Assembly (NCBI GenBank): GCA_965221905.1
Contig: OZ244922.1
Coordinates: forward strand, 264,232-328,231
Origin: Chloroflexota bacterium
GTDB taxonomy: Bacteria > Chloroflexota > UBA11872 > VXOZ01
DNA: 64,000 nucleotides
Direction of reading: 5' to 3'
This document shows positions 9,052 through 17,386 of the stretch, one piece after another (position 1 is the stretch's first letter; the number at the start of each line of letters is the position of its first letter). The notes under the pieces were generated by a model. That model was not told the origin of the DNA and searched no databases. It worked only from the letters and a program-made list of their open reading frames with translations. Made by a program: the position numbers and the translations under genes.

Positions 9052-9218
9052 CGTGTTTCTCGATGTGCGAGATGCTTCTGGCAGTAGCGGCAGTACTTGC
9101 GCAACTCCAAGCGGTCAGTGACTGTCCGCCGGTTCTTGCTCGTGGCGTAGTTGCGCCGCCGGCATTCCACACATGCCAGTGCTATCACACTACGGTCTTC
9201 TCGTCCTTTGCGTGCCAT
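9048..9218 (-). CDS. rpmG: 50S ribosomal protein L33
   Basis: My own translation gives [56 protein letters not shown] (56 aa, CxxC...CxxC). It falls below the track's length cut-off. Confidence 0.9.
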   Translation of the reverse strand: MARKGREDRSVIALACVECRRRNYATSKNRRTVTDRLELRKYCRYCQKHLAHRETR

Positions 9219-9252
9219 GAACGTGCACTTCTCCTAATCGCGTAGCGAAAGC

Positions 9253-10455
9253 CTACTCCAGGATTTTAGTCACGACACCGGCGCCGACAGTACGGCCGCC
9301 CTCGCGGATAGCGAAGCGGACGCCTTCTTCGAGGGCGACGGGGTTGATGAGGTGGATAGTCATGGTGATATTATCGCCGGGCATGGTCATTTCTACGCCG
9401 TCGGGGAGGGCGATAGAGCCGGTGACGTCGGTAGTACGGACGTAGAATTGGGGACGATAGCCAGGGAAGAAGGGAGTATGCCTGCCGCCCTCATCGCGGC
9501 TGAGGACATAGACCTCGGCCTCGAAGAGGGTGTGCGGGGTGATGGACTTCGGAGCGGCGAGTACCTGGCCGCGTTGGACATTATCTCTTTCGACGCCGCG
9601 CAGGAGGCAGCCGACGTTATCGCCCGCCTGGCCGGAGTCCAAGATTTTACGGAACATTTCGACGCCGGTAACGACGGAGGATTGGATATCGCGCTGGATG
9701 CCGATGATTTCGACGACCTCGCCGGTATTGACCTGGCCGCGTTCGATACGGCCGGTGACGACGGTACCGCGGCCCTTGATGTTGAAGACATCTTCGATAG
9801 GCATCAGGAAGGGCTGGTCGATAGCGCGGGCAGGAGTAGGGATATAGTCGTCTACAGCTTCCATGAGTTCGAGGATGGAGGCGTAGGCGTCATCGGAGGC
9901 GTCGTCGCTGCCGCTTTCGAGCGCTTGGAGAGCGCTGCCGCGGATGACGGGGACATCGTCGCCAGGGAAGTCGTACTTAGAGAGGAGTTCACGGACCTCG
10001 AGTTCGACGAGTTCGAGGAGTTCCTCATCGTCGAGCATATCGCATTTATTGAGATAGACGACCATGGCGGGGACTTCGACCTGGCGAGCGAGAAGGACGT
10101 GTTCGCGAGTTTGCGGCATGGGGCCGTCGGGAGCGGACACGACGAGGACAGCGCCGTCCATTTGCGCAGCGCCGGTGATCATATTCTTGATGTAATCGGC
10201 GTGGCCGGGGCAGTCGACGTGAGCGTAATGGCGGTTAACGGTCTCGTACTCGACGTGAGCGATAGCGATAGTGATACCGCGCTCGCGTTCTTCGGGAGCG
10301 TTATCGATGCTGTCAAAGGGGGCAAAGTCGGCGCCGCCCTGCAGCGCAAGCACCTTAGTGATCGCTGCGGTGAGCGTGGTCTTGCCGTGATCGATATGCC
10401 CAATCGTGCCGATATTTACGTGCGGCTTGGTTCGTTCAAATCGCTCCTTCGCCAT
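9253..10455 (-). CDS. tuf: Elongation factor Tu
   Basis: [33 protein letters not shown]... Full-length EF-Tu. Confidence 0.98.
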   Translation of the reverse strand: MAKERFERTKPHVNIGTIGHIDHGKTTLTAAITKVLALQGGADFAPFDSIDNAPEERERGITIAIAHVEYETVNRHYAHVDCPGHADYIKNMITGAAQMDGAVLVVSAPDGPMPQTREHVLLARQVEVPAMVVYLNKCDMLDDEELLELVELEVRELLSKYDFPGDDVPVIRGSALQALESGSDDASDDAYASILELMEAVDDYIPTPARAIDQPFLMPIEDVFNIKGRGTVVTGRIERGQVNTGEVVEIIGIQRDIQSSVVTGVEMFRKILDSGQAGDNVGCLLRGVERDNVQRGQVLAAPKSITPHTLFEAEVYVLSRDEGGRHTPFFPGYRPQFYVRTTDVTGSIALPDGVEMTMPGDNITMTIHLINPVALEEGVRFAIREGGRTVGAGVVTKILE

Positions 10456-10618
10456 CGTTTCCTTCCTCTAACCTTATGAAACTTCACTCAATGTTCTACA
10501 GTGCGCGCAAGACATCGGGGGCTGCGCCCGTCGCTGCCTCTAATGAATGCATGAACGGTAGGTGCTGCTCGAGAAACCTCCGAGTTCCCTCATTTGCGCG
10601 CTGCACTCTAACCGCCGG

Positions 10619-10691
10619 AGCCCACAACCGGAATTGAACCGGTGACCTCGATCTTACCAAGATCGCGCTCTACCGACTGAGCTATGTGGGC
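10619..10691 (-). tRNA. tRNA-Thr (anticodon GGU)
   Basis: The minus strand reads GCCCACATAGCTCAGTCGGTAGAGCGCGATCTTGGTAAGATCGAGGTCACCGGTTCAATTCCGGTTGTGGGCT. It folds by hand into a cloverleaf: 7-bp acceptor, GCTC/GAGC D stem, CGATC/GATCG anticodon stem with loop TTGGTAA, ACCGG/CCGGT T stem. CCA is not encoded. Confidence 0.92.
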
Positions 10692-11167
10692 AACCCTCTA
10701 CATGCCAACCGTGAATTGCTATTCGCTCTTGTCATCGGTCGAGACTCACCGGTATGCCTTTGGACAGGCCACTGGGTCTTCCGTGAGCTTCTCCATTCGT
10801 TCGGTATCGCGAATACAGGTTTGGAGATAGAGAAGGCACGGTAACAGTCATCCGTGCCGTTTACCGCAAACCCCAGCCTGCTTGCCGGCCCACCGTGTCC
10901 TTGGTTCGTTCCCGCTTGCTTGCTTCTACCATCCCGAATGTGCCGGCCGATAGGTGTTCGGCAAGCGATGCAGCGGGAAGCAACCTGCCGCACGAATGGG
11001 ACTTTACCGTGAATCCCACACCTCACTAGGCCTATGCCATGAGGCACAGGCAGACTCAATCATAGCAGAACTACCTAGGCCTGTCACGCATTTGATTGTT
11101 AAGAACCGTCGCCAAGATTGCGGAAATAGCGATAAGGCATAGAGGAACAAGAGGTGCGTCACGCGCC

Positions 11168-11194
11168 GTCATTCCCGCGCAAGCGGGAATCCAT
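11168..11194. repeat. Solo copy of the 'GTCATTCCCGCGnAAGCGGGAATCCAT' palindromic repeat
   Basis: GTCATTCCCGCGCAAGCGGGAATCCAT. Same family as copies at 6295, 33422, 44539 and a degenerate copy at 61319. Confidence 0.7.
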
Positions 11195-11326
11195 CCTCTC
11201 GCCCTACGGAGAAATTCGCCCTTGCGGGAGTGCAGATTGGTATTTGATCTTTGACTTCCTCAATTGCCGGACTTAATGACCAAAGTAGAGCCGACTACGT
11301 CGCTCAAAGAATGGCTCGTTAGGTGC

Positions 11327-11370
11327 GGAGCTCTCCTCGCGCCATGGTAGCGCAGCACGAGGAGAGCTCC
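11327..11370 (-). terminator. Strong hairpin downstream of the solute-binding protein gene (possible terminator)
   Basis: Perfect 13-bp stem GGAGCTCTCCTCG...CGAGGAGAGCTCC, 35 nt after the stop at 11405. No clear U-tract. Confidence 0.35.
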
Positions 11371-11404
11371 AACTCAATCCAAGAAAACTTCGTGGACCGA
11401 GGCA

Positions 11405-12766
11405 CTAGCCCAGTTCGCCGTCTACGATGGTGTCCATGGCGGCTGTAGCCTCTTCGACGCTCGTCTCGCCGGACCAGATCTGGCCGAGATACGTGCCGTA
11501 CGCTGGGCCGTAGATGGCGATCATGTTCGGGTTCTTCGGCAAGGCGCGCAGGTAGGTGAGGAAGTTTAGCACATTGTCAATGCCATCCGGCTGGCCGTCG
11601 GCATTGCGATACTCGTTCTCCGCCACCGGCGTGAACACGGGCACCGAGAGCGATACACTCAGCATGGCGAGGGCCCCCGGACGACCTGTAACGTGCTTGA
11701 GCAGTTCCCAGGCGGCGTCCTTCGCGCTGCTATCGCTATAGACCGCTTGCGCGTAACTGCCGGCAAAGGTCGTTCTGCCGGTCGGCCCTGCGGGAATGCC
11801 GATCACGTCCCACGCGAACGCCACGCGATCGCCGCGATAGCGGGACATGGCCGCGCCGGTGGTGACGATGAGCGGAGCGATGCCGCCTTTGAATAGGTCG
11901 CCATCTACTTCGCCGGGTCTGGGGACAACCTGATGCTTGTGATAGAGGTCGGCCCTCCATTGCAGCCCGGCCCGCGTCTCTATGGACGACATGGTGGACT
12001 TGGTCGGATTCTCTTCGTCGTCGTAGGTGCTGCCACCCGCCATCCAGATCCACGGCGTGTTGGGGTTGAAGCCCCGCGGCACCGTGGCGACCCCAAACTG
12101 CTTCTGGGAGCCCGCGCCCGTCGTCAGCCTACGCGCGAGCGTAAGGAAGTCGTCCCACGTCCACGAATCTTGCGGGTACTCTTCGCCGAGCTTGTTCATC
12201 AAGTCTTTGTTGTAGACGACGATGAGACTATTGACGTAGTGGGGCATTGCCATGAGGTTGCCTTGCAAGCGGTGGGCGTTGATTGCCCGTTCGGCATACT
12301 CAGTAATGTCCACCTGGTCGCGTGCAATCAGACTGTCAAGCTCCGCCGCCAGTCCGGCTGTGCCGATGTTCGCCAGCCAAATGGGACTGCAGTTGAAGAT
12401 GCCGATGTCCCTTTCACCGGCGGCGAGGCCGGTGCGCACTTTTTCAATGCAGGCCTGTTGGTTGCCGGGCACAATGACGTACTCGGCCTGGAACGCATCG
12501 TTCTGCTTGTTGAAGTCATCAACGAGTCCCTCTTGCACGGGGTCAAAGCTGCCGCCGCCGTAGGATGCGGAGAACCACTTTGCCACCTGAACTTCGGGCT
12601 CTTTGGGTTCTTCCACTGCCGGAGCTGCCTTTTCTTCCATCTTTGCTTCCGTCTCTGCGGCGGGTGTTGCGACTGTGCCACACGCAGCAAGCGGCAGCAG
12701 GGCGCTTGCGCCGGCCAGCCCCGCCAGTATGCGCCGACGGCTGAGGGTAAGCGATGTTGCTTTCAT
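11405..12766 (-). CDS. ABC transporter extracellular solute-binding lipoprotein (family 1, sugar-type), orphan
   Basis: Tat-like/lipoprotein signal MKATSLTLSRRRILAGLAGASALLPLAACG after an AAGGGAG SD. SBP_bac_1-like body. No permease or ATPase gene is adjacent. Confidence 0.8.
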   Translation of the reverse strand: MKATSLTLSRRRILAGLAGASALLPLAACGTVATPAAETEAKMEEKAAPAVEEPKEPEVQVAKWFSASYGGGSFDPVQEGLVDDFNKQNDAFQAEYVIVPGNQQACIEKVRTGLAAGERDIGIFNCSPIWLANIGTAGLAAELDSLIARDQVDITEYAERAINAHRLQGNLMAMPHYVNSLIVVYNKDLMNKLGEEYPQDSWTWDDFLTLARRLTTGAGSQKQFGVATVPRGFNPNTPWIWMAGGSTYDDEENPTKSTMSSIETRAGLQWRADLYHKHQVVPRPGEVDGDLFKGGIAPLIVTTGAAMSRYRGDRVAFAWDVIGIPAGPTGRTTFAGSYAQAVYSDSSAKDAAWELLKHVTGRPGALAMLSVSLSVPVFTPVAENEYRNADGQPDGIDNVLNFLTYLRALPKNPNMIAIYGPAYGTYLGQIWSGETSVEEATAAMDTIVDGELG

Positions 12767-13214
12767 TCGAAGACTCCCTTTTGTGAAACAACAGATGCCA
12801 AGTGTACGTGCCAGGAGCATTCACTTGTCCTGCGTGTGCGAGAGATGCGTGGCCGCGCGGATTCTCTAGGGACGTCTGGTGGATTGGGCAGAAGGGCTTG
12901 CGGCAGAGCAACCGAGCAGACGAGGCCATCTCCCTCTCACGCTGCACGAGCGATGATGCAGAAGCCTATGGAGCTATGCCTCCTTTCTGCGAGCATGCCG
13001 GCTCGTTTCCGCTGTACTCACTAACACTGAGAGGCAATACGATTGACTTGTAGTCTAGCGTACGCTTGAAGTCTTGTCTAGATGCGTAGTGCGAATTGGC
13101 AAAGGATTCGCTTTGGGCTGCCCGGCTATTCACTTTGCGCGGCTTGGAGAGCAATTCACCACGTGGGTAGTGCTATCATTGCACCGAGGTGTCTGAAGGC
13201 GGCAGGTAGAATTT

Positions 13215-13793
13215 TTGACTCGACGCCGGATGGGCATGAGTCGCAGCGAATTCAGCTCTCCGGCGGGGCTGCTACGGAGTGGTAGGCACGATACTGTGAG
13301 CAACGCGACTCTCAAAAAGCATACGCAAAGCGGGGCCGATTTCTCAGAGTGTGGGCGCTACCGCTACAAGCTCTGGCGGTTGTGGGACGATGTCCGCCCG
13401 GTCGTCATGTTTATCATGCTCAACCCGTCAACGGCCGATGCCACGGCTGATGACCCGACCATACGACGCTGCATCGGCTTTGCCCACGCTTGGGGCTACG
13501 GCGGCGTGCGCGTGGGTAACCTGTTTGCCTGGCGCACGCCCTACCCGCAGGCGTTGCGGTCTGCGCTCGATCCCATCGGGCGGCACAACGACAGCGCCCT
13601 ATGCGAACTTGCCGAGGGCGCCGCGCTGGTGGTTGCGGCGTGGGGCGTACATGGGATGTGGCTTGCACGAGCGCAGACCGTCCGCCAACGGTTCACCCGT
13701 CCTCTCCACGCGCTCGGTGTCACGAAGTCCGGTGAGCCGGCCCATCCGCTCCGTCTGCGGCGCACGTGCACGCCCTTTCTGCTGGAGAGTTGA
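13215..13793 (+). CDS. DUF1643 domain protein (UDG-like fold superfamily)
   Basis: CGRYRYKLWRLWDD...VMFIMLNPSTADATADDPTIRRCIGFAHAWGYGGVRVGNLFAWRT...GEPAHPLRL matches the DUF1643 signature as I remember it. The true start is probably internal to the track ORF. Confidence 0.7.
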   Translation: MTRRRMGMSRSEFSSPAGLLRSGRHDTVSNATLKKHTQSGADFSECGRYRYKLWRLWDDVRPVVMFIMLNPSTADATADDPTIRRCIGFAHAWGYGGVRVGNLFAWRTPYPQALRSALDPIGRHNDSALCELAEGAALVVAAWGVHGMWLARAQTVRQRFTRPLHALGVTKSGEPAHPLRLRRTCTPFLLES

Positions 13794-13931
13794 GGTCAGT
13801 TTGTTCGGTCGCTACTGCGGTTCGTTGTGCTTCCGACTCCCCATTTTCCGACTGCCCAGGCAGTGCAGGGCAGTGCTCCGGCGCCACTACGCTAGAATTA
13901 CTAAGATGACAGATAGAATAATGAGCGCTGA

Positions 13932-14053
13932 CAGCGATAGTCCGTTCGTGCTGAGCGCGCCTGTCCTGAGCTTGACGAAGGGGTCGAAGCGCGGAAAAGT
14001 GAGCGCCCATGAACGGTGCCAGCGATAGTCCGTTCGTGCTGAGCCTGTCGAAG
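13932..14053. repeat. Two direct copies of the 'CAGCGATAGTCCGTTCGTGCTGAGC...TGTCGAAG' repeat
   Basis: CAGCGATAGTCCGTTCGTGCTGAGC occurs at 13932 and again at 14020. Related copies lie at 29119-29212 and 33295-33370. Confidence 0.7.
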
Positions 14054-14089
14054 CACAAGAGCCATCCCAATTCATGTGGATCTACGTGA

Positions 14090-15589
14090 ATGCAACTCTC
14101 TGAAATTCTCGCCGCTGTGCCGGAAGCGCAGGTGCTCACCGGCACGCCGGATATCCCCATAACCCAGCTCTGTTACGACTCGCGTGAGGCGCAGGCTGGT
14201 GCGCTGTTCGTCGCGCTACAGGGACTGCAGCGCGATGGGCACGACTACGCCGCGGCCGCCGTGGACAACGGTGCCGTGGCTGCGCTCGTTACACGGCCGT
14301 TGGCACTGCCGGAGCATGTGACACAAGTCCTCGTGCCTGATACCTGGGTGGCGATTGGACAGGTGGCGGCAGCATTCTACGAGAATCCCTCAAGAGAGCT
14401 TTGCGTCATCGGCGTTACCGGCACCGATGGGAAGAGCACCACAGCGACCTTGATCGGTCACATCCTGCGCGCGTGCGGACACCCCACCGGCGTGATCACC
14501 ACGGTTGCCTTTCACGACAGCCGGCGGGAGTTTCCCAACGAGACGCGCCTCACCACCCAGCACGCGTCCGACCTGCAGCGCATGCTGCGGACAATCCGGG
14601 AGCAGGGCGGTACTCATGCGGTGGTGGAAGCGAGTTCCCACGGCCTGGCGCTCCACAAGCTCGACGCGGTCCAGATCGACGCCGCCGTGCTGACAAACCT
14701 CACCCACGAGCACCTGGACTTCCATAAGACGCTGGCAGCGTACCGGGAAGCAAAGGGACGGCTCTTCGAGCGCGTGAATGCGCGTGAGCCAAAGCCGTTT
14801 CCCCGTGTGAGTGTGCTCAACGCCGACGACGAGCACTTACCGTATTACGCTGGGCTCCAACCGCCGGGACTGCGCACGTATGGCTTTGCGGAGCAGGCGG
14901 ATGTGCGTGCTGCGGACGTGGCGCTCGGCGCGGACCACACCGGGTTTACGGCGGTCACGCCTGAGGGTCAAGCGCATGTGTGCTCGCCGCTGGTCTGCCG
15001 CTTCAACGTAGCGAACACGCTTGCCGCGCTAGCCGTGGTTACGGGGTTGGGCGTGCCGCTCGACGCGGCTGCGGCTGCGGTAAGCACGTTCCCAGGAGTG
15101 GCCGGCCGCATGCAGGTGATCAGTGCCGGTCAACCGTTTGCCGTAATCGTAGACTACGCCCACACGCCCAACAGCCTGCGCCTCGTGCTCGATGCCCTGC
15201 GCAGCGTGACACCGGGGCGGCTGGTGGTGGTCTTTGGCAGCGCGGGCGAGCGCGACGTGGAGAAACGGGCGCTCATGGGCGCAATCGCGGCGGAACACGC
15301 CGACTACTTCGTGATCACCAGCGAAGACCCGCGCAGCGAGGACCCCGGCGAAATCTGCCGCGCCATCGAGGAAGGCGCTTTGCAGGCCGGCTGCGTGTTC
15401 GGCCGCGACTACAGCATGAGCGTGGACCGTACCCAGGCCTTCCGTATCGCGTTCAAGCAGGCGCGACCGGGCGATACCGTGCTCCTGGCAGGCAAAGGCC
15501 ACGAGCATTCGATCATATGGGGCGAGAAATCGCTGCCCTGGGACGAGGCGCGCATCGCTGCGGAGACGTTGGTGGATATGTTCGCCTAG
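14090..15589 (+). CDS. murE: UDP-N-acetylmuramoyl-L-alanyl-D-glutamate--2,6-diaminopimelate ligase
   Basis: GVTGTDGKSTT P-loop, a DNPR-like region ...GERD..KR, and the full Mur ligase three-domain length (499 aa). Confidence 0.9.
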   Translation: MQLSEILAAVPEAQVLTGTPDIPITQLCYDSREAQAGALFVALQGLQRDGHDYAAAAVDNGAVAALVTRPLALPEHVTQVLVPDTWVAIGQVAAAFYENPSRELCVIGVTGTDGKSTTATLIGHILRACGHPTGVITTVAFHDSRREFPNETRLTTQHASDLQRMLRTIREQGGTHAVVEASSHGLALHKLDAVQIDAAVLTNLTHEHLDFHKTLAAYREAKGRLFERVNAREPKPFPRVSVLNADDEHLPYYAGLQPPGLRTYGFAEQADVRAADVALGADHTGFTAVTPEGQAHVCSPLVCRFNVANTLAALAVVTGLGVPLDAAAAAVSTFPGVAGRMQVISAGQPFAVIVDYAHTPNSLRLVLDALRSVTPGRLVVVFGSAGERDVEKRALMGAIAAEHADYFVITSEDPRSEDPGEICRAIEEGALQAGCVFGRDYSMSVDRTQAFRIAFKQARPGDTVLLAGKGHEHSIIWGEKSLPWDEARIAAETLVDMFA

Positions 15590-15660
15590 GGCCTTGCATA
15601 TCCTATCTTGCTCACTGCCGCATCCACCGGACCACTGGTCAACTCTACGATCAGACTCAC

Positions 15661-16620
15661 TTACCAGAACTCGACAGGGCCTGGATCGGTTCGGCGCTCC
15701 GTGGCTCCACCTGCCTGGATGTGCACGATATCGTTGGTCACGTCATAGCGGATATCGGAGTTCATAATTTCGCCCTTGAGCGCAGAGTATCCGGTGCGAC
15801 CCCAGTGCGCTGTCACGCCGTCGCCCACCGGCCGCTTGATAGAGACGTGCCAGGTCGGAATGTCGATCGGCCTGATCCGCAACGCAGACTCTATCGTGCT
15901 GAACCCGTAAATCTCCATGGTGCTGTACACGAGTGCTTGAATTACACTCTTGCCGCCCTGCAGCGGGAATTTGAGCGAGCCGATCCAGGTGGTGTCATCG
16001 GTGCTGAGGTCCGTAATCCAGAGCCCGAACCACATGCCATCAGGGTCCTGGGGCACAGATTCATCGGGCGCTAGCCGCACGCGATAGTCTCCCGCTCCCC
16101 AGACGTAGGAGCGCCTCACGCCGATGAAGTCTCCCTCGTGGCCGGACGATTCAGTCCAGCCGTCCTCTTGCGCGTAGCGTGCGTTCGCGAGGTCGCGGGT
16201 GCTCCAGCGGGAGAAGATCAGACCCTTGCCGCGCGAAAGCGAAGTTTCAGGATCTTTCATGTCAGTCTGCAATCCAAAGTAGAAATACACACCCGAGATA
16301 TTGCTATAGGCAAGCATCAAGTAGAGGCCGTTGCCGCCTCCCAACGGCTCAACGTCGTTTTGGATCGTGAACTCTATCACCAACTCTTCAAACTCATCGA
16401 GCCTATTCCCCTCTGAATCACTGCGTTGAATCCACCCCCACCAGATATGTGCCATATGCTCAGGTAGATCTCGCATCTGGTAGAGATCGGCGCGCCCTGG
16501 AATCTGCGTCGGCTTGGGCGCGGGAGTGGCGGCTGCCGGCACGGAAGCAGGCGCGGCCTGGGCGCACGACACGACCAGCAAGAGTGCGAGATTGCGGCAG
16601 AGGAGCCATAAGCGCTTCAT
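15661..16620 (-). CDS. Secreted lipoprotein of unknown function
   Basis: MKRLWLLCRNLALLLVVSC lipobox-like signal, an Ala/Pro linker, then a beta-rich domain (LIFSRWSTRD, WFGLWITDLS). I could not name a family with confidence; it vaguely resembles DUF3472. The track ORF starts at a GTG at 16653. Confidence 0.55.
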   Translation of the reverse strand: MKRLWLLCRNLALLLVVSCAQAAPASVPAAATPAPKPTQIPGRADLYQMRDLPEHMAHIWWGWIQRSDSEGNRLDEFEELVIEFTIQNDVEPLGGGNGLYLMLAYSNISGVYFYFGLQTDMKDPETSLSRGKGLIFSRWSTRDLANARYAQEDGWTESSGHEGDFIGVRRSYVWGAGDYRVRLAPDESVPQDPDGMWFGLWITDLSTDDTTWIGSLKFPLQGGKSVIQALVYSTMEIYGFSTIESALRIRPIDIPTWHVSIKRPVGDGVTAHWGRTGYSALKGEIMNSDIRYDVTNDIVHIQAGGATERRTDPGPVEFW

Positions 16621-16691
16621 CGGGGACACTTTCGCGGTGAGGAGCTTGGGCACACTCTACCACGAGTTGTCACAGCGCCCTGAGCGCGTGG

Positions 16692-16875
16692 TAGACAGCG
16701 CGCGCGCCTGTATTGTATGATGTTTTGCAAGAGAAAGGAGGTGATGCCCATGGATGTAAGTTGTAAATCCAGGGCCGCCTCCGTTAGGTCTCGGTAACGA
16801 GACTACGGAGCGGCCGTTGGGAAATGAAGGAGCGCTATCGGTGCACGTGCACCGGGCGCTCCTTCTGTTTATCTG
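16692..16875 (+). ncRNA. Candidate stand-alone small transcript: promoter-like boxes, a strong SD with a 15-codon micro-ORF, and two long hairpins
   Basis: TAGACA-N18-TATGAT (16692-16721). AAGGAGGTGA (16735-16744), then ATG at 16750 encoding MDVSCKSRAASVRSR with stop at 16795-16797. Hairpin 16773-16815 has a GTAA loop. A 38-nt hairpin at 16827-16864 is followed by CTGTTTATCTGT. The strand is uncertain because the hairpins are symmetric. Confidence 0.3.
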
Positions 16876-17012
16876 TGCCGTTGTGGTGACGAATTTGGAA
16901 GCAAGCCTATGCATCCATCATTCCTACACACGATGGGGGCTAGGTAGTCCAACAACAATGGAATGACGTGCATTTGCCCTTGGCGTTACTGCCCGGCAAC
17001 GCGGCGAAGAGG

Positions 17013-17052
17013 CGCAGGTTGCGCGCACGTCCCGTACGAACCTACGCTACCG
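17013..17052. repeat. Degenerate copy of the 'CGCAGGTT...AACCTGCGCTACCG' repeat
   Basis: CGCAGGTTGCGCGCACGTCCCGTACGAACCTACGCTACCGG. The arms match the family at 6225, 6548 and 18855, with an expanded loop. Confidence 0.5.
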
Positions 17053-17134
17053 GCGCTCCCGCCCATTGAGACAATCGTGTCGAACCACTAGGCGTGTATG
17101 GCGATGACTCTCGTTAGCAGGGGGAAGTCATGCG

Positions 17135-17362
17135 TCATTCGGCAAGCAACTTGGCGAGTTGGCGGTTCTTCTCAACGCTTGCTTGGAAATGCGCCATGAC
17201 AGCCGCGCGGGGTTTCTCTTGCGTGCGCGATTCTATGTAATCGCGCATGGCATCTTCCAACACTGCCTGGAAGTGCCTTCCGTCCTGCTTGGCAAGTGCC
17301 CGCAGGCTAGCCAAGAGATCGGGATCAGCCTGGCTGGAGAATTTCTCCCGTGGCTTAGCCAA
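17135..17362 (-). CDS. Ribbon-helix-helix (CopG/antitoxin-like) protein, orphan
   Basis: 75 aa. SSQADPDLLASLRALAKQDGRHFQAVLEDAMRDYIE fits a beta-strand/helix/helix RHH pattern. No toxin-sized ORF is adjacent. Confidence 0.55.
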   Translation of the reverse strand: MAKPREKFSSQADPDLLASLRALAKQDGRHFQAVLEDAMRDYIESRTQEKPRAAVMAHFQASVEKNRQLAKLLAE

Positions 17363-17386
17363 AATTCACTTCCTACCTAGATTACA

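Noticed and set aside
10682-11059. 125-aa minus-strand ORF next to tRNA-Thr
   Set aside because: It overlaps the tRNA 5' end, has a Cys/Arg/Gly-rich composition, and has neither an SD nor a recognisable motif.
10692-11404. Hand search of long noncoding gaps (10692-11404, 22464-23053, 23531-24055, 44095-45080) for RNase P, SRP/4.5S, tmRNA and common riboswitch signatures
   Set aside because: I found no GAGGAAAGTCCGG (RNase P P4), no GTCCGGAAGGAAGCAGC (SRP domain IV), no tRNA-like tmRNA end, and no TPP, cobalamin, glycine, fluoride or ZTP cores on either strand. This is a by-eye negative, not a covariance-model search.
16735-16747. AAGGAGGTGATGC looked like the complement of a 16S rRNA 3' end (..GGATCACCTCCTT) on the minus strand
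   Set aside because: The flanking minus-strand sequence lacks the invariant 16S 3'-terminal helix (AAGTCGTAACAAGGTA...GGTGCGGCTGGATCACCTCCTT). No rRNA-like sequence extends beyond about 13 nt.
16657-16914. 85-aa minus-strand ORF across the hairpin region upstream of the lipoprotein gene
   Set aside because: It runs through two long palindromic hairpins and has no SD. A structured-RNA explanation is preferred.
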